Part shown: positions 50,489 to 63,934 of the stretch, one piece after another
Layout: the number at the start of each line of letters is the position of its first letter
Position numbering within the stretch: the stretch's first letter is position 1
Assembly (NCBI RefSeq): GCF_006345805.1
Contig: NW_021831286.1
Coordinates: 372,001-436,000, forward strand
From: Octopus sinensis
Taxonomy: Eukaryota
Length of the DNA stretch: 64,000 nt
Direction: 5' to 3'
The notes under the pieces: model-generated
The model's database searches: none
What the model saw: only the letters and a program-made list of their open reading frames with translations
What the model was told of the DNA's origin: nothing
Made by a program: the position numbers and the translations under genes

Positions 50489-52771
50489 ATGGAAACTAGT
50501 GATGTGTGTGCACTTTCGAGTGATCCGATTATAGCACCACGAAGACCAAATAATATCAAAAGATTATCAAATTCAATAATTGATAAAATAGCCGCAGGAG
50601 AGGTTATACAACGTCCTTGTAATGCAGTTAAAGAACTGCTAGAAAACAGGTTTACTGCTCATTAAGCAGATCAAAGTGTCGACTCTGGAGCCACATCTAT
50701 AACCATAGTCATCAAAGAGGGCGGTCTTAAGCTAATAAAAATAACCGACAACGGAAGTGGCATACAATTCAATGACATGCCAATTGTATGTGAAAGATTC
50801 ACCACCAGCAAAATAAGCCAACTCGAAGACCTCCTGAATCTGGGAACGTTGGGATTCCGCGGAGAAGCCCTTTCTAGTGTTAGTCAGGTGGCCCACGTGA
50901 CTGTCATTTCCCGCACAGCAACCGCGGAAAGTGCTTATCGGTAGGGGAGGAAATTAGTTTTGGCAGAGGGGAGTATTTGGAGGGAAAATTATGTGGAAAA
51001 GTCAACATTTGCGCGGGAAATCTCGGGACATCGATTATTGTTGAAAATAGGCTAAATAGAATAGGTTGAGGACCTGTTTTTTAATGTCCCCATGAGACTG
51101 AAGATTTTACGGAATTCCGCGGAAGAGTTCAACAAGATTTACTCATTTGTGTCAAAGTAAGGACTGTTAACTCACACAGATATGCCATTCTGCACTCCGA
51201 ACTGGCTATTTGTCTGAAAAAGGTGTGTTGTGCATTAATCCTAGAACGATGAGACAGTCCTGCAAACTCCCGGTGAAAGTACCGTCCTCGACAACCTGGG
51301 ACTTGTATTTGGAACCTCCACGTTGAAAGATTTGACTCCCGTGAGTGGAGGACCGTCTGAGGAGTCATCCATTTCGGAGACCAAATTTACATTTTCTGGC
51401 TATTTTGCCAACACAAGTTATTCTGGGCGTAAAAATATAAAAATATTTTTTGTCAATTCTCGTTTGGTGGAGATCCCCAAATTGAGGAGACTGATTGACG
51501 ACTTTTACGCCCCCTTACTAACAAAAAAGTCATTTCCCTTTGTCTACTGCTCGTTTGACGTTTAATTCTGACTTTTCAGAATTCACGTGTCCAGACACTG
51601 TGTGGACGTGAATGTACATCCATGCAAAGAAAACGTTCAGTTCCTGTTTGAAGACGAAATTCTGAACGAAATCAAACAAGCCATGGAAACAGAACTCATT
51701 CACGGCGAACAAGCGGCTTCAAGGCTCTTCTTCACTCAAAAACCATCCAAAGTATTCAGCTCTCGTATTTTGTGTTTATTGATGAATGTAGCTCTCATCA
51801 ACCGTTCGTCCAATTCCCAAATATTTGACCGTTCTGACTGTCGGTCTACCAAACTGGATGGTTTCGTGTCCTTAAACAAGTCAACTTCGAGTTTGCCGAC
51901 GTTTCCTGTCATAAAAACGCAATTTCCGTCCGTAAAACGAAAAATGAATCAACCCAGTCCCCAGGAACCCCCGAAACCACGATTGGAAACAAACAAGATT
52001 CAAGTTGATGAAGAAGACTGTCCTACTGAATTGTCGAGTGTTATTGAACTGCAGAATGAATTCAAAAATCAAAGAGAGAAGGGTGGGGTGTACTGTAACA
52101 CTGTAGATCTAACTGAGGTGATTAGTTCATGCACGTTTGTGGGCACTGTTAATGAGAAATATTCTCTTATTCAGCATAAAGAGTCGTTGGTTATGCTGGA
52201 AATGAGGGTTCTCAGTAGAAATCTGTTCTATCAACTTATTTTGGATAATTTTGGGGATTTTGAGTCCTTTAATATTCCAGTTTATTGTGGATTGTACACT
52301 CTTTAGAATCCTCCCCTCATTTCCCATTTGACCATCGACGACGCAGAGGACGTCAGTCAATTGCTGAGTGAAAAGTCCGCAATGTTGCTTGATTATTTTT
52401 CTGTGCAAATTGACGAAGGGAAACTGCTAACTTTGCCTGTTCTCATCCCCTCGTACACTCCTCCAATGAAACTGCTGCCCGTGTTTGTGAGGAACATGGC
52501 GAGAGAGGTCTTGGATGTGGAATATTAGTAGGTTGATTGGCAGAATGAGAAGCAGTGCTTTTCCTCGATTGCTTCTGTTTTTGCTGATTTTTATGCACTG
52601 TCTAATGCTCAAGATTACACGTCTGAGAATTTTGATATTGCACATTGCGTTGAGTTCTGTCTACTTCCTTATTTGAGAAGGAAATTCGTGCCTGGCGGAT
52701 CGGAGATAAGGGCTGCCTTTACCATGTTGACTCAGCTCTCTGATCTGTACAAGCAATTTGAACGCTGTTGA
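50489..52771 (+). CDS. MLH1: DNA mismatch repair protein MLH1
   Basis: [51 protein letters not shown]-terminal LYKQFERC*; about 10 introns of 22-27 nt. Confidence 0.97.
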
Positions 52772-52840
52772 GTTTTGTTTTGCTGGTTTGTTGTTGTTGA
52801 AATTTAAAGTTTTTATGCCTTTTGGTTCAAAGTTTGTTAA

Positions 52841-54200
52841 TTAATTTGTTTTTATTATTATTAGCACTTTCACGAGAGCCATAATGTTTATATGTGCAGC
52901 AAAATATATCAGAGAACTAATTAAATTGCTCCAAGTTCTCCTGTTCCTAGGTAGGTTCCTCAGAGAGTCACCAAATGCCAATGTTTTCTTCACGGTTTTC
53001 AGATTATTTTGTAAAACGATCGGCAAGGTAGTTCTCAATCTTCCACGAAAGCGTCTTACATTAGAGGAGGGGTAGTAATATTCCATTGGGATGTTTTGGG
53101 GGGATATCGGGTCTAACCTCACGAGGTATCCAAAAAGTCTCCAACAATAGCTAATGATCTCGCGACTTATTGGCGTAGAGTCACACTTATTGTACAGTTC
53201 GCTCCGCGTGATGCCTCTGTCTGTTTTACATTTTCCTGAGTAGGTTTTTCCAACTCTCAAAAGGAGATAGAAAGATTTCGCCCACTGTTAGACTCGATTC
53301 GTAATAAATTATTCTAGCACTTCATCCATTTGTTCATGTTAACCAAGTCACGGGCTTTTGATATATCCATTTCCAGAATGTGGCTCACATTACAATATCT
53401 TTGATGTGTTGCACATCTCCATCTGTGACTCCATACTCTATCAACTGTTAATATTTCTTCTCTTAACCCGCTTAGGTATTCATAGGCTGGTCCTTTTATT
53501 AGTTTCAATATACAATGTTAGCTAAGACTTTCCGTGGAGAATTTGATAATATAATTTGTCGTAAGTTTTTAATCGGTCCTTCGGGTTTATTGGGTTTTGG
53601 TATAGGTATTAGTAATCCCGTTTTCAGGGGTAAAGTTGAGTTAGTTAAAAACATTTCATTTAGCAGTGTAGCGATTTTTTCGAAAAAGAGTCGGCCATAT
53701 TTTAATAATTCTGGGTTTATCGTATTTTGTCTATTGCTTTTGTTATTTTGTAGTTTTTACATGCTGTTTTGACTTCCAAAATTGTAATTGGTTCTTTCAG
53801 GGGTCTAGGCTTTCCATTGAATGGGGGATTGCTGTAGTCACATTAAAAAATTTTAAAAATATGTTGCAAGTACCTCCTAATGATTATTCGTTCCTTTCGG
53901 TTTGCGTGTCGTAGTAAACAAACGGCCATATACATTTGTGAATTATATTTTAGTTTGAATACTTCATTGATTTTGCGAAGCAGTTCTTGGTGGAGTGTCT
54001 TCAGTCTCCTGATTTTTCAACAAATTTGGTTCCTCTGTACCTGAAGGGCTTTTTTCCTGTTATAGTCTTTTTAGTTTAGTTTTTTGTATGATTTTTTTAA
54101 TCCGATGCTAATTCTGTATGTATCGTATGTACTAGGTACTGGCTTGCTGCTTTGTTTATTATGTAATTTGTGCAATCCCATGAAATTGGTGTTTTGGCAC
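52841..54200 (-). mobile_element. Decayed RTE-like LINE
   Basis: LIPIPKPNKP...NLRQI, MDISKA, WRLFGY, FRGRLRTTLP. Confidence 0.7.
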
Positions 54201-54217
54201 CATTTAAGTTTTATTTA

Positions 54218-56428
54218 TTTATTAACTCCAAGATCACCGAGAAAGATAGGTCAGAACTAACTAATTAGGTGATCCCTGCCTCCAACAACAGCCGTACTCT
54301 CCTTGCATGATCTTCTGATGACCCGACCGTAATCCGGAAACGCCTTCTCTTCCTTCTGCAGAGGAACTCAATTGGAGTGCATTTCTTTATAACCGACCGA
54401 AATTCCTCTGCATGGGCCACCTTTTCCTTGAGTGGGTTACCCAGTTCCTTGCAGAAACGTAGGAAACCCTGTCCATTCTTCTGCGTCGCCTCCTCGGAAG
54501 CAAGGCTGCCAACTGAGGTGTCAGTGTGGAGCATAATCTTCCTTCTGAGTGAGTTCAAACGTTCCGCTTTCGAACAAGCAATTGCAAACCTCCAGGCTGT
54601 GCAGGCATACTCAACCGTCGGGGCAATCACTTGTTGGTATACCTTGCTGACACAATCTTCCAGGGGGAAGGGACTCTTCTTTAACAGAGTTCCACTTCCG
54701 AAGACCTTTTGCTAGGGCCTCCTCCACGTGACTTGAGAACGTCATTTAGGAGTCGAAAACTACGCCAAGGATCTTCTGAGTACGCGAAGAGGGAATAGGT
54801 TTGTCTCCAATGAATAGTTCCAGTTCATTCTTGAATCTTCTATCAGTAGTAAAAAGGGTGAATTGGGATTTAGATGCAGACACACACAACATGTTAGCAG
54901 ATAGCCAATCACATACACGGTTGAGGTGTGACTGGACCATTGCGACAGCCACAGAAGGAGATTTATCTCTTGCAGCGATAATCAGGTCGTCCGCATGAGA
55001 TAAGAACATAATGTCCGGGTCATTAGTAGTGGGTAGGTCATGTAGAAATAGGTTAAAAAGGAGGGGAGATAAAGGGGAGCCTTGTGGGACACCATTAGGC
55101 AGTAGTCTTGATCTTGAAGTAGTATTGTCAATACGGACCCTTCCGCGTCGGCCAGTTAAGAAATTTTCCAACCACAGTTTTATGTTCGGATGTAAGTTCG
55201 AATCAAATATCTTCCGCGTTAGAAGTTTCCTCGGGACAGAATCAAAAGCCTTTTGTATATCAATGGCCGTCCGTAGGTGTGTTCCCATGTTGAAACCGTC
55301 AGTAATAAACTGGGAGACAGAACACAAGTGGGTCGTTGTGGAACGGTCTGGTCTAAAACCGTGCTGGAATTCTGGCAGTTGTAGAACAGGAGAGATTCGC
55401 GTTAATACGAGCTTTTCCAGTACTTTCGATAAGATACAAGTTATTGAGATTGGGCGGTATGAAGAGGGGGCATCCTTTGGTTTCCCAGGCTTTAGAATAG
55501 GCGTAATTAGGGAGTTTTTCCATATATTAGGAATCGTACGTAAGTTGATGGAGTCGTTATATAGTCTTGATAGTACGGTCTGTGCCCGGGGTCCCAGGTG
55601 TTTGAGGTGAACAGCACAGATCCCGTCGGGGCCACAAGCACGGGTGGGACGTAGGGATTTAATAGCCTTGTCAACATCATCCGGTGTGAAGAAGGTGGAA
55701 TACGGTTCTGGTCGTGGTCCGAGCCGTTCAGTATGTGGAGTGCGAGAGAAGTTTTTATGGCTGATCGATACATAGTACTTCATAATCTTGTTTGCAAGTT
55801 TGCGAGCGGGTTCCGAGGAATTGTGGGCAACGGCCTCAGTTCCTCCGTCCTCCTCGCCGATAAGGCAATTGATCCTTCTTAGCGTTTTCCAGAAGGTGGC
55901 GCAGGAATTTCTGTGACATAATCGTCCAACGAGACGACTCCACTTGAGTCCGTTATTAGTCCGGATCAGTTCAGAAATTTTGATATTCAACGAACGTATA
56001 GTATGATATGAGTCATTGGACTTGTTTTTCTTCAGGGCATCCCGTTCTTTGATAAGTGATAGGATTTGTGATGATAATCTTGGATTGAACTTCTTGTATG
56101 AAGCGACGGGTATAAATAATTTATCAGCTTGCAAAATGATAGTAGACAGGATCTTGGCCGTCCTTTCCACCGTGCAATTTTCCATAGAGAGATCGAGCAG
56201 GCAGTCGTCCACATACAGCCCGAAACCATGCCAGTTAGCCTTCGAGTAATTTTTGAACTTCGTGGGGCGGCGCGTTGGACAGAAAGGCCTTCTAAGTGTC
56301 AGTACAATGGGGTTATGGTCGCTCGAGAAGCCATAACGAACATTCCACGAGATATATCCAGCCAAGGATGGAGTGCAGAGAAACAGGTCCGGGGATGTTG
56401 GGCTGTCTCTTCTACGGGCTGTCTCTTC
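54218..56428 (-). mobile_element. 5'-truncated Jockey/I-like LINE (APE end + RT), inactivated
   Basis: SSDHNPI, YRPISI, QHGFRP, DIQKAFDSV, GVPQGSPLSP; YADD reads HADD; stop at 54746; (TAAA)n tail; ~13-bp TSD TAAGTTTTATTTA. Confidence 0.92.
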
Positions 56429-56609
56429 TAAGTTTTATTTACAGACAAATAAACTACTTTAAAAAGTTTATTGATTGGGGCAAATAACCATCAGGAACAA
56501 AAATATTATTTCGAAACATTTTTTCATTTATCATTAATTTATAATTTTTTTTTTGTTTTTTTTTTAATTTGTTTATAAAATTTAAATCCAGGAAATATTG
56601 TATTCTGAT

Positions 56610-57336
56610 CATTTTATCATACGCTGACGATATCGTAATTGCTACCTGGAGCCGTGAGGTGAACACGGCGAGTACAAAACTGCAGAACCACCTTAACAAT
56701 CTCGAAAGTTGGCTCTCGCTAAACCGACTATCAACGAGTTCGGAAAAATCGGTTACCACGCTTATGACCTCAGCAAGGAAGCTTGGGAAAACGGTGGTGG
56801 ACCTGTACCTAAATAACATGGAAATCCCGTTTCAAAAATCTCAGAAAATCCTCGGGGTGACTTACGACAGTCATATGTGTTTCTCTCAACAAGTCGATAA
56901 TATTACTACGAGGTGCATGAAGAAACTGAACATCTTGAAAGTGTTTCTTCGTAAATGCAGACAGTGTATCAGCTTCCCCGCACGACAAGCCTTATACCGG
57001 CAATTCATCGAACCCTCCCTTAGCTATGCTTGTGAGGCGTGGGGAGGGTTTATCAGTGGAACGAACCGCGCTAAAATCGAGAAAACTCAAGATCGCTTCC
57101 GAAAAGCACTGCAGGGACCGAACGAATATCTACTCATCGCCCCATTTAATGAAATCTTGAGAAGAAACCTCGGGGTTACAGGGCCAAAAACGCCACCACC
57201 GCGCCCTCACAGAAATTGTGCCGGGACAAGGGAGGAGCACCGGGCAAAGTTGAGGACCCTCCTCAGAGAAGCCGGGATCACCTGATTAATTAGTTTTATG
57301 TTTTGGACGGTGATCTTGGTTCTAATAATAATAATA
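56610..57336 (+). mobile_element. 5'-truncated LINE of a related family
   Basis: SYADDI, KILGVTYDS, ...EAGIT*, (TAA)n tail; TSD ATTGTATTCTGAT / ATTGTAGTCTGAT. Confidence 0.88.
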
Positions 57337-57577
57337 ATTGTAGTCTGATTATTCAGATTCTATTTAAAGAGTTCGGTTTTTCTTACTTTTAATACTACTT
57401 AGATTCACTACTTCGATTGTCAAAACTATATTTGATAAACCCACAAATCTATCAAAAATTTCAAAAATAATAGTCTTTCTAGTATAAAGCCAGTGAGTAT
57501 AAAAAATAGTCAATTCCACAAAAGTCTTGACAGAAATCAAATCCAAAAAACATTAAAAAAATTAATCCAAGTAAAAA

Positions 57578-58232
57578 CTAAATAATCTCGACGACAACAG
57601 TGTTAGCAATCGAGTCATGCAAGCCTCTGAATGAAGAATTAAAAACCACACTCACGAACGTAAAAACAGACATCAAATGCTTAAAAAAACCTCTTAGCAA
57701 AAGAACTCCAATTCTGAGCTTAGCCTTCTCAAAATCATCGAGAACATAAACGTCCATTTCATTTATTTTGAACATAAATAGGGAATCGCATGGGACCACA
57801 GAGAGATTGAATATCTTCTTACCAAGTGCCCCGCAATCAAAGGGGCCATGTTTGAAACACGGAGACAACAAGATTAGCACCTCAACTAGACAACGGGAAA
57901 AAGAAGAAAACATCCATATTAACAGATAATCCTGAATTATAAAACTATATTTATATAAGGAAAACAACTCGGGGAAATCAAATGAGATATAAATCGAAAA
58001 ATATAAAGCCATATAAGAAAACAACGAGTCGATCACTTCAGCACATAATCTTTTCCATAGTGTAGGAATTTTAATTATGTCTAAGTGTAAATAGCTAATT
58101 TGGCCAACACATATCATGTCGTGGAACATTCTCTTTTCTAGAGAAGTAAAAAATATAATTTTGGTACATTTTATTGGAAAGTTCGTAGTTGGTGTACCAG
58201 TGCTCAAATTCTTTGGCAAAAATATTTGTCAT
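57578..58232 (-). CDS. FAM8A1: FAM8A1-like RDD-domain membrane protein
   Basis: IPTLWKRLCAEVID, GALGKKIFNLSVV, LLRGFFK, RGLHDSIANTVVVE; 5' exons inferred. Confidence 0.75.
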
Positions 58233-58449
58233 TAATATAACAAAAATAGACCACGTAATTACTGTTTATTAATCAATTATTAAACAAAATTATAATTTAT
58301 CTCACCACTTAAAAATAATAAGTTTGTCTGGTTTTTACTACAACAAATATAGAAAGAATTTCAAAACGTGTCGCACAAACGGGACCTTTGTTAATTTACA
58401 TTCTTTGGTTTTGTGAACGTTCTTTTAATAATATTTTAATTAAACCAAT

Positions 58450-59050
58450 AATGGAAATGTCACTTATTCACTTTTGCAAGAAGAATGACCCAAAGTTGTT
58501 TTCCACATATATATGACTATAGACAAGATTATCTACCAGTCAATAAAAAGCATAACAAAAAAATGAATCTTAATATTGTGTTCAAATGTTAAATAGAATA
58601 TTACATAGTTTTTGGCAAAAAAACTTTTTAGCAATTTAAAGAATGGAAAGATCCAAAAGATATAAGCATGTGAGGTGATTTGTTTATATGAAATGGATAC
58701 AAGTCCTTTTCCAAGTTTTCATCTACAAGTTATTAATTTCAGAACTTCATCCTCCAGAATACAATTATTTTTGTTTCCAAAAACTTCCAGATATTTTTAC
58801 CCGTCTTTGAGTTGTGTGCCAAAGTCGGACACGGCAGACTTTCTTACAATGCTATCAAGCCCAGCCATTCAAAGAAAGAATCGACTTTTCTTATCATACT
58901 GTGACCATCCACCTCGAGGTATTTGAACAAATCTAGGCTCTACAGCATTTATGTAGTTCACGTTACAGACGCTCTACATGCCAATCCTATCTTACTTTTC
59001 TCCAGTTTTGTATACCTCTGTAGACATTCCGGGAAATTATAATCAAAGTC
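58450..59050 (+). mobile_element. Possible Penelope-like RT remnant
   Basis: Faint TYMTIDKIIYQ and RYRRST..LLFSS resemblance; heavily decayed. Confidence 0.25.
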
Positions 59051-60689
59051 GACACATATCCTGCAGATTTATCTTGCATACTAGTTATGGTATATATAAA
59101 ATCTGCATCAGAGATCTGAGGAGGTTTTTCAACCGAATTGTCGAACAATGATTTTTAGTTTTTTAATACCCTATTGAAAAATCATTATGAAAGCTCTTCA
59201 CAAGTTCGATATTTTTTATATGTTCTTAAAAAATAATACAAACTCAGAACGCTTAATGTTGTATTAATATTTTAGAGCAATCTAACTTAAAGATAATATC
59301 GCCAGTGAAATGATTTTTATCGAAGTTAGTCTACTTTTTTTCATAAACAATAATTGACACCATCTTCAACCAATTTTTTTATACTAGAAATTCAAAAAAA
59401 CCAAATGTCAATCTTCACCAGTGATAGATTGTTTTGCCTCAAAGGATGGCCATTCTATGGAATAGCCTGCTCCTTTCGCCGCTGTCAAAGGTTTTGGAGG
59501 GGATTCGTGCGCAAATCTCCGAAAATGAAGCACATGCACACTCATCAATGACAGCAGTGGTTTCAATGGTAAGGGGTTAAAAGAAAAATATTTCGGAGGA
59601 GAGCATATTTTTTGATCTTTGAATTCTTGACCCTAAAAGAGGCGGAACTCAAATGTCGCCGCCGAGTGGGGCGTGTAGGTGTCTGAGAAGGTTGTGATTT
59701 ATACATGCCACTTTCCACACAGGCGCGTAGTGAGGATTTGAAGGTCTGCCGATTTAGCCTTGAAAGCAGAGGCCACACCCTTGTCGGGAATCGGCAATAC
59801 TCAAATTAATTAATTCCTCTATTATCTGGGATTAACTATAATCATTGTTTACAAATGTTTTTTGAAACGGAAATTTTAAGTATAAATTAATCTCGATTCG
59901 TCGCCAATTCCTTTTATTCGCCATCTTTATAACTCACATTTTTGTTGAAAAAAATGACATTTTTACTGAGAAAATTCCATCGCTCCCCAAATTCGTTTAC
60001 TTTTCACGTTTCAATAATAAAAAATTAAAATTTATTATTAAAAAATATACTGCTGGTGGGTTTAAAAAATCGAAGACTTTAAACAAATTATCTCTTCAAA
60101 AATGAATATGATCCTGAAATGTTTACGAAAAAGCGCATTTTACGGTGAAGGAAATATTGAATGCTATACAAATTAACGCTGAAAGATGGAGTCTTATTTT
60201 TTATCCTGCCTGGGGAAAAGTGTCAGTAGATACAATATTAATGTTTTCAGCACGCCGTATGGGAAAAAAGCATTTAGTAACCTACTAAGGGAGACCATAA
60301 AAGAATTTCGAAGAAATTATAGATAGATTAATGCTATCAAATCCCATAAAAGAAGAGTTTATAGACTGTACGTACTCCGAAAATGACTTCATGACTTTCT
60401 TTAAAACAGTAAGGATAAAAATGACTATTTACAAAGCACATTTACTGAAGATTGTGAGAGAAACAAATTTATTATACATCGAGATGCGATAGAAAGTGTT
60501 TTGGACCTCAAAAATATTTTTCAAATAACGACAATTTTGATGTGAATATGTTATGCTTGATAGTTTAATAAAAATGCTGATAATATGGAGAAACGATCTG
60601 CAAAAAACTTTAAATGATAACTTTACTTAAAATTTTGGTTTTTGAATAGTTGCATCATATATTTATTTAAATGTTCATGGGAAATTAAA

Positions 60690-61900
60690 CGAATTGTTAA
60701 AAATTTCTAACGGTTTTGAAGGCAAGGAGGAAACTCAAAAGAGTCCGGAATATTCTTTTTAACTCTTCGGCCTTAGAATTTGGGGAACACGTGTTGCTGC
60801 AAGTCTTGGATAGACTTGACAAAAGAGTCGACGCAGGTGGCTTCCCAAACTAGGGACTTGCCCTCCATGAAAGGAAAGGCCGTCATTCCGTCGGGGTGCT
60901 TGCCGTCGCTTCAAAAAAGCCGACTAAATCCTTGTGGAAGGAAAACCAGCCGACTCTAGAGGCCTCCTGACAACGTCATTGAGTTGGAGAATTCTACCGG
61001 CACTCTTCTTACACGAAAAGTCGTGCAAACTGTTCGACGAAATTGTAGACCCGCACTGGCAAAGTTGAGACTGGTAAATGTCCATGCCCAAGCGTAAACA
61101 GATACCGATCCGTAAGGATTCATCTTCTAGTAGTAATCCCATGCTGATGATAGAGAGTGGTTTGAGCTAGTCTCCATTATGCGGATGACAAGCGCAGCTT
61201 AGTGAGACCAGCTGGAGTTGATCCCATTTTGAACAAAGTTTGCGTCATTTAAGCAAAATATTTCGTCCCAACCCCTTTGGACTTAAGGAATCGTGGGAAA
61301 ACTAAGGCCAAATGAGCACCAAGCACGGCAGGCAGAGGAGTATTTTGAGCGCTTGATAAATTCAAGAGAGGGAAGTAGAACTAAGCAAACAAAATTCCTG
61401 GAAGGTAGCAGGGTAGGGCCAGGTCCACACAAGAGCGTATCTCGATCCCTTTCGAAACGTGTGGGTAGGCTGGCAAGGATAAAACCGTCTCCAATGAGCT
61501 TCGAAATAAAATGAAGAAAGATTTGTGGACGAGATTGTCGATATTGGATAATGAATCAGTGGCAACGAAACACGGGGAAGACCGGAGAATGTAAATCAGT
61601 CTGAGAACGAAAAGCAAGTATTTCAATAGGAAAAACGCTAGATGTGAGCCAAGCCCACGAATCCGTTTAGTAAGCAGTTTAATTTCGTCCCATTTAAACA
61701 ATATGGCTTTCACTATGCCATCGAAGGAAATTAGAGTGCCCAAGATAACTTGATTGCTCGTAAGTTTAAGCCTAAACTCATCGATGAAGCTGCAGAGAGA
61801 GGAGAATGTGTGGCAAAGAGTGGCGGGGAAAGAGAAATATTACAAGTTCGCATCTTATACAACATAAAGCAAAGTTCCATAAATCGTGAAAAGTTTCGGA
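60690..61900 (-). mobile_element. CRE-like retrotransposon 3' half
   Basis: LRIGICLRLG..CQCG..H..SCKKSAG..LNDVVRR..DGKHPDGMT..GKSLVWEATCVDS. Confidence 0.8.
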
Positions 61901-62139
61901 ACTGTAACCATCAATTGGGAAATTATAGTTTTTTAATATATTATATCTATAAGAGTTTACTTGAAAATGTTGGAGTGAAAGATTGAGTAAACATTCAATA
62001 TTATTACATTTATAAATGTAACTGTCGACTTAACTACTTTTTGACGAAATTGAAATTATTATTACAACATATTAAATAACAATCATTGCACAACAATTAA
62101 AACAAAAAATATAATCAAAAATTTCAAAAAAATAAACTA

Positions 62140-63007
62140 TTAGAATCTCTTGAATGTAGGTTTATAAATATCAATTAGTTCAGGATAGGGGATATCATCA
62201 GACTTGAATTTTTCCTGCACAATATTCAAAGTATCATAAAGTGACATTAAATCACTTTCATGATAAATTTTAAAATAATCATCAATCTCCTTAACCAATA
62301 AGAACGCCAACTAATGATACCCACACGCATTAGACCTTAGGCAATGATGTTGTGAAAGGAATGAGAAAAGAATTAAATCTTTCATCATCTTTCACGATCA
62401 AGTAGACCATGATCTTCTGAATTAGTTCCATCAATTTCGGATTCTTCTCACACATTTCTGATAAATATGAATGTACAAAGTCTATTGCTTCCTCAACTCG
62501 ATCGCCGCTGACAATATCGACCAATTCACGTATCTAACCAAACTTAACACCAAATTACCATTAGAGAATATAATAATTCCCTTTTTGCATGCACCACGCT
62601 CGGAAAATATTTTACCATATCTAAACGAGCCCCCGAAAAGTCTGCACTGAGAATTTTCTTTGCGATCAACTCGACGTTTCTCGCCAAGTGGGACTGTTGA
62701 GGTACTTTTTTGGGAATGCCAGCTTCCTGTATGAATAGTTTATTTGTGTCATATAAGCCAACTAAATTACATGTGGCATATCATGTACTGGAGGTAAAAT
62801 AATTAAAAATAAGATTGTTTATTTCTTTATCATTGCCGCCTTTTTTTACATTTGTAATCCATTTATCGTAAATTCTTGAGGAACAGACTCTTTTTATATA
62901 CTTTTTATGACCTTGATGGGATACGGGATTTCCAAGTCTGGAATAAATTTAACAGAGTACACAAGTATTCTAGGATCATCTTGAATGGTCTCTCGAAAAC
63001 GTCTCAT
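62140..63007 (-). CDS. GID8/TWA1-like LisH-CTLH protein
   Basis: INNLIFNYF..GLYDTNKLFIQEAGI (LisH); ELVDIVSGDRVEEAIDFVHSYL (CTLH/CRA); start uncertain. Confidence 0.7.
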
Positions 63008-63158
63008 TTTTAGTCGAGTCACCTCAAAAATCAACACTTGACATGCATATTATTTATTAACTTTTTTGATTAACCAGCTTAAATATTTTGATTTTTTCAA
63101 ACTTATATTTAATTAAAAATACTAAAAACATGTCTTCAAAAAGAGAAAGATTAAAAAA

Positions 63159-63934
63159 TCAAACAAAATTATAATAGCGGAAACTCCCCATGTATTTTTT
63201 TGAATCAGATCTCGGAGGGACATGTACAACCGCACTCCGTCTCTGCCAATGAACAGACTCGGCATTATCAAGTGAATTAGGCCGAGAACGTCCAACAGGG
63301 TTACAAAGTTTATGTTTATCAACTCGGTATGCATATATAAGTAAAATAGTACTAAGAAGAACGAGGAATTCCCCAACAACGACAAGAATGAATGACCAGG
63401 AAATGTAATTCCACTGTGAGCCAGGGAGTGCAGTGACTGAGTTATAATGACTAAAAATAATGATGACACTCAAAAGGGCGAGCACTGCAAAATAAGACAG
63501 ACCACTCACAGGTCAAAGTCAAGACAGCCCCACTGGCAATGAGACGACTCGAGGACTTGTTTTTTGAGGGAAGGGCCACAACGAGGGAGAGCAACTGGAG
63601 AAGGAGGGACAGAATTTCCATCCATTGCACGACATAGAGCCAGGCTATTGTTATTATTGACATATGGAACGACAGAAATGCATTGATTAAAATTACTTGG
63701 CAAAAGTGATGACAAATTATTAGTTCCTACAGTTGTGGAGTGACACCCGTCCAACATTTCGGGACTGTTGGTCGGGAAGTATTGGTGGAAACACATCTGC
63801 CACAGTCCGAGGCGAAGAAACCCTGTTTTTTGGCCATATTTGTTCTCAATCCAGAAAGGAGTGAAAGCACCGATTATATTGCAGACAATACTTAGAGCAA
63901 TAGACAATAATGATAGTTTTCTAATTAAATTCAT
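63159..63934 (-). CDS. Invertebrate-type claudin / PMP22-family tetraspan protein
   Basis: AFTPFW, FLRLGLWQMCF...DGCH, four TM segments, YISWSFILVVVG. Confidence 0.85.

Noticed and set aside
54218-57336. Opposed LINEs as one twin-primed or inverted element
   Set aside because: Each has its own tail and TSD and their sequences are divergent, so they are independent insertions.
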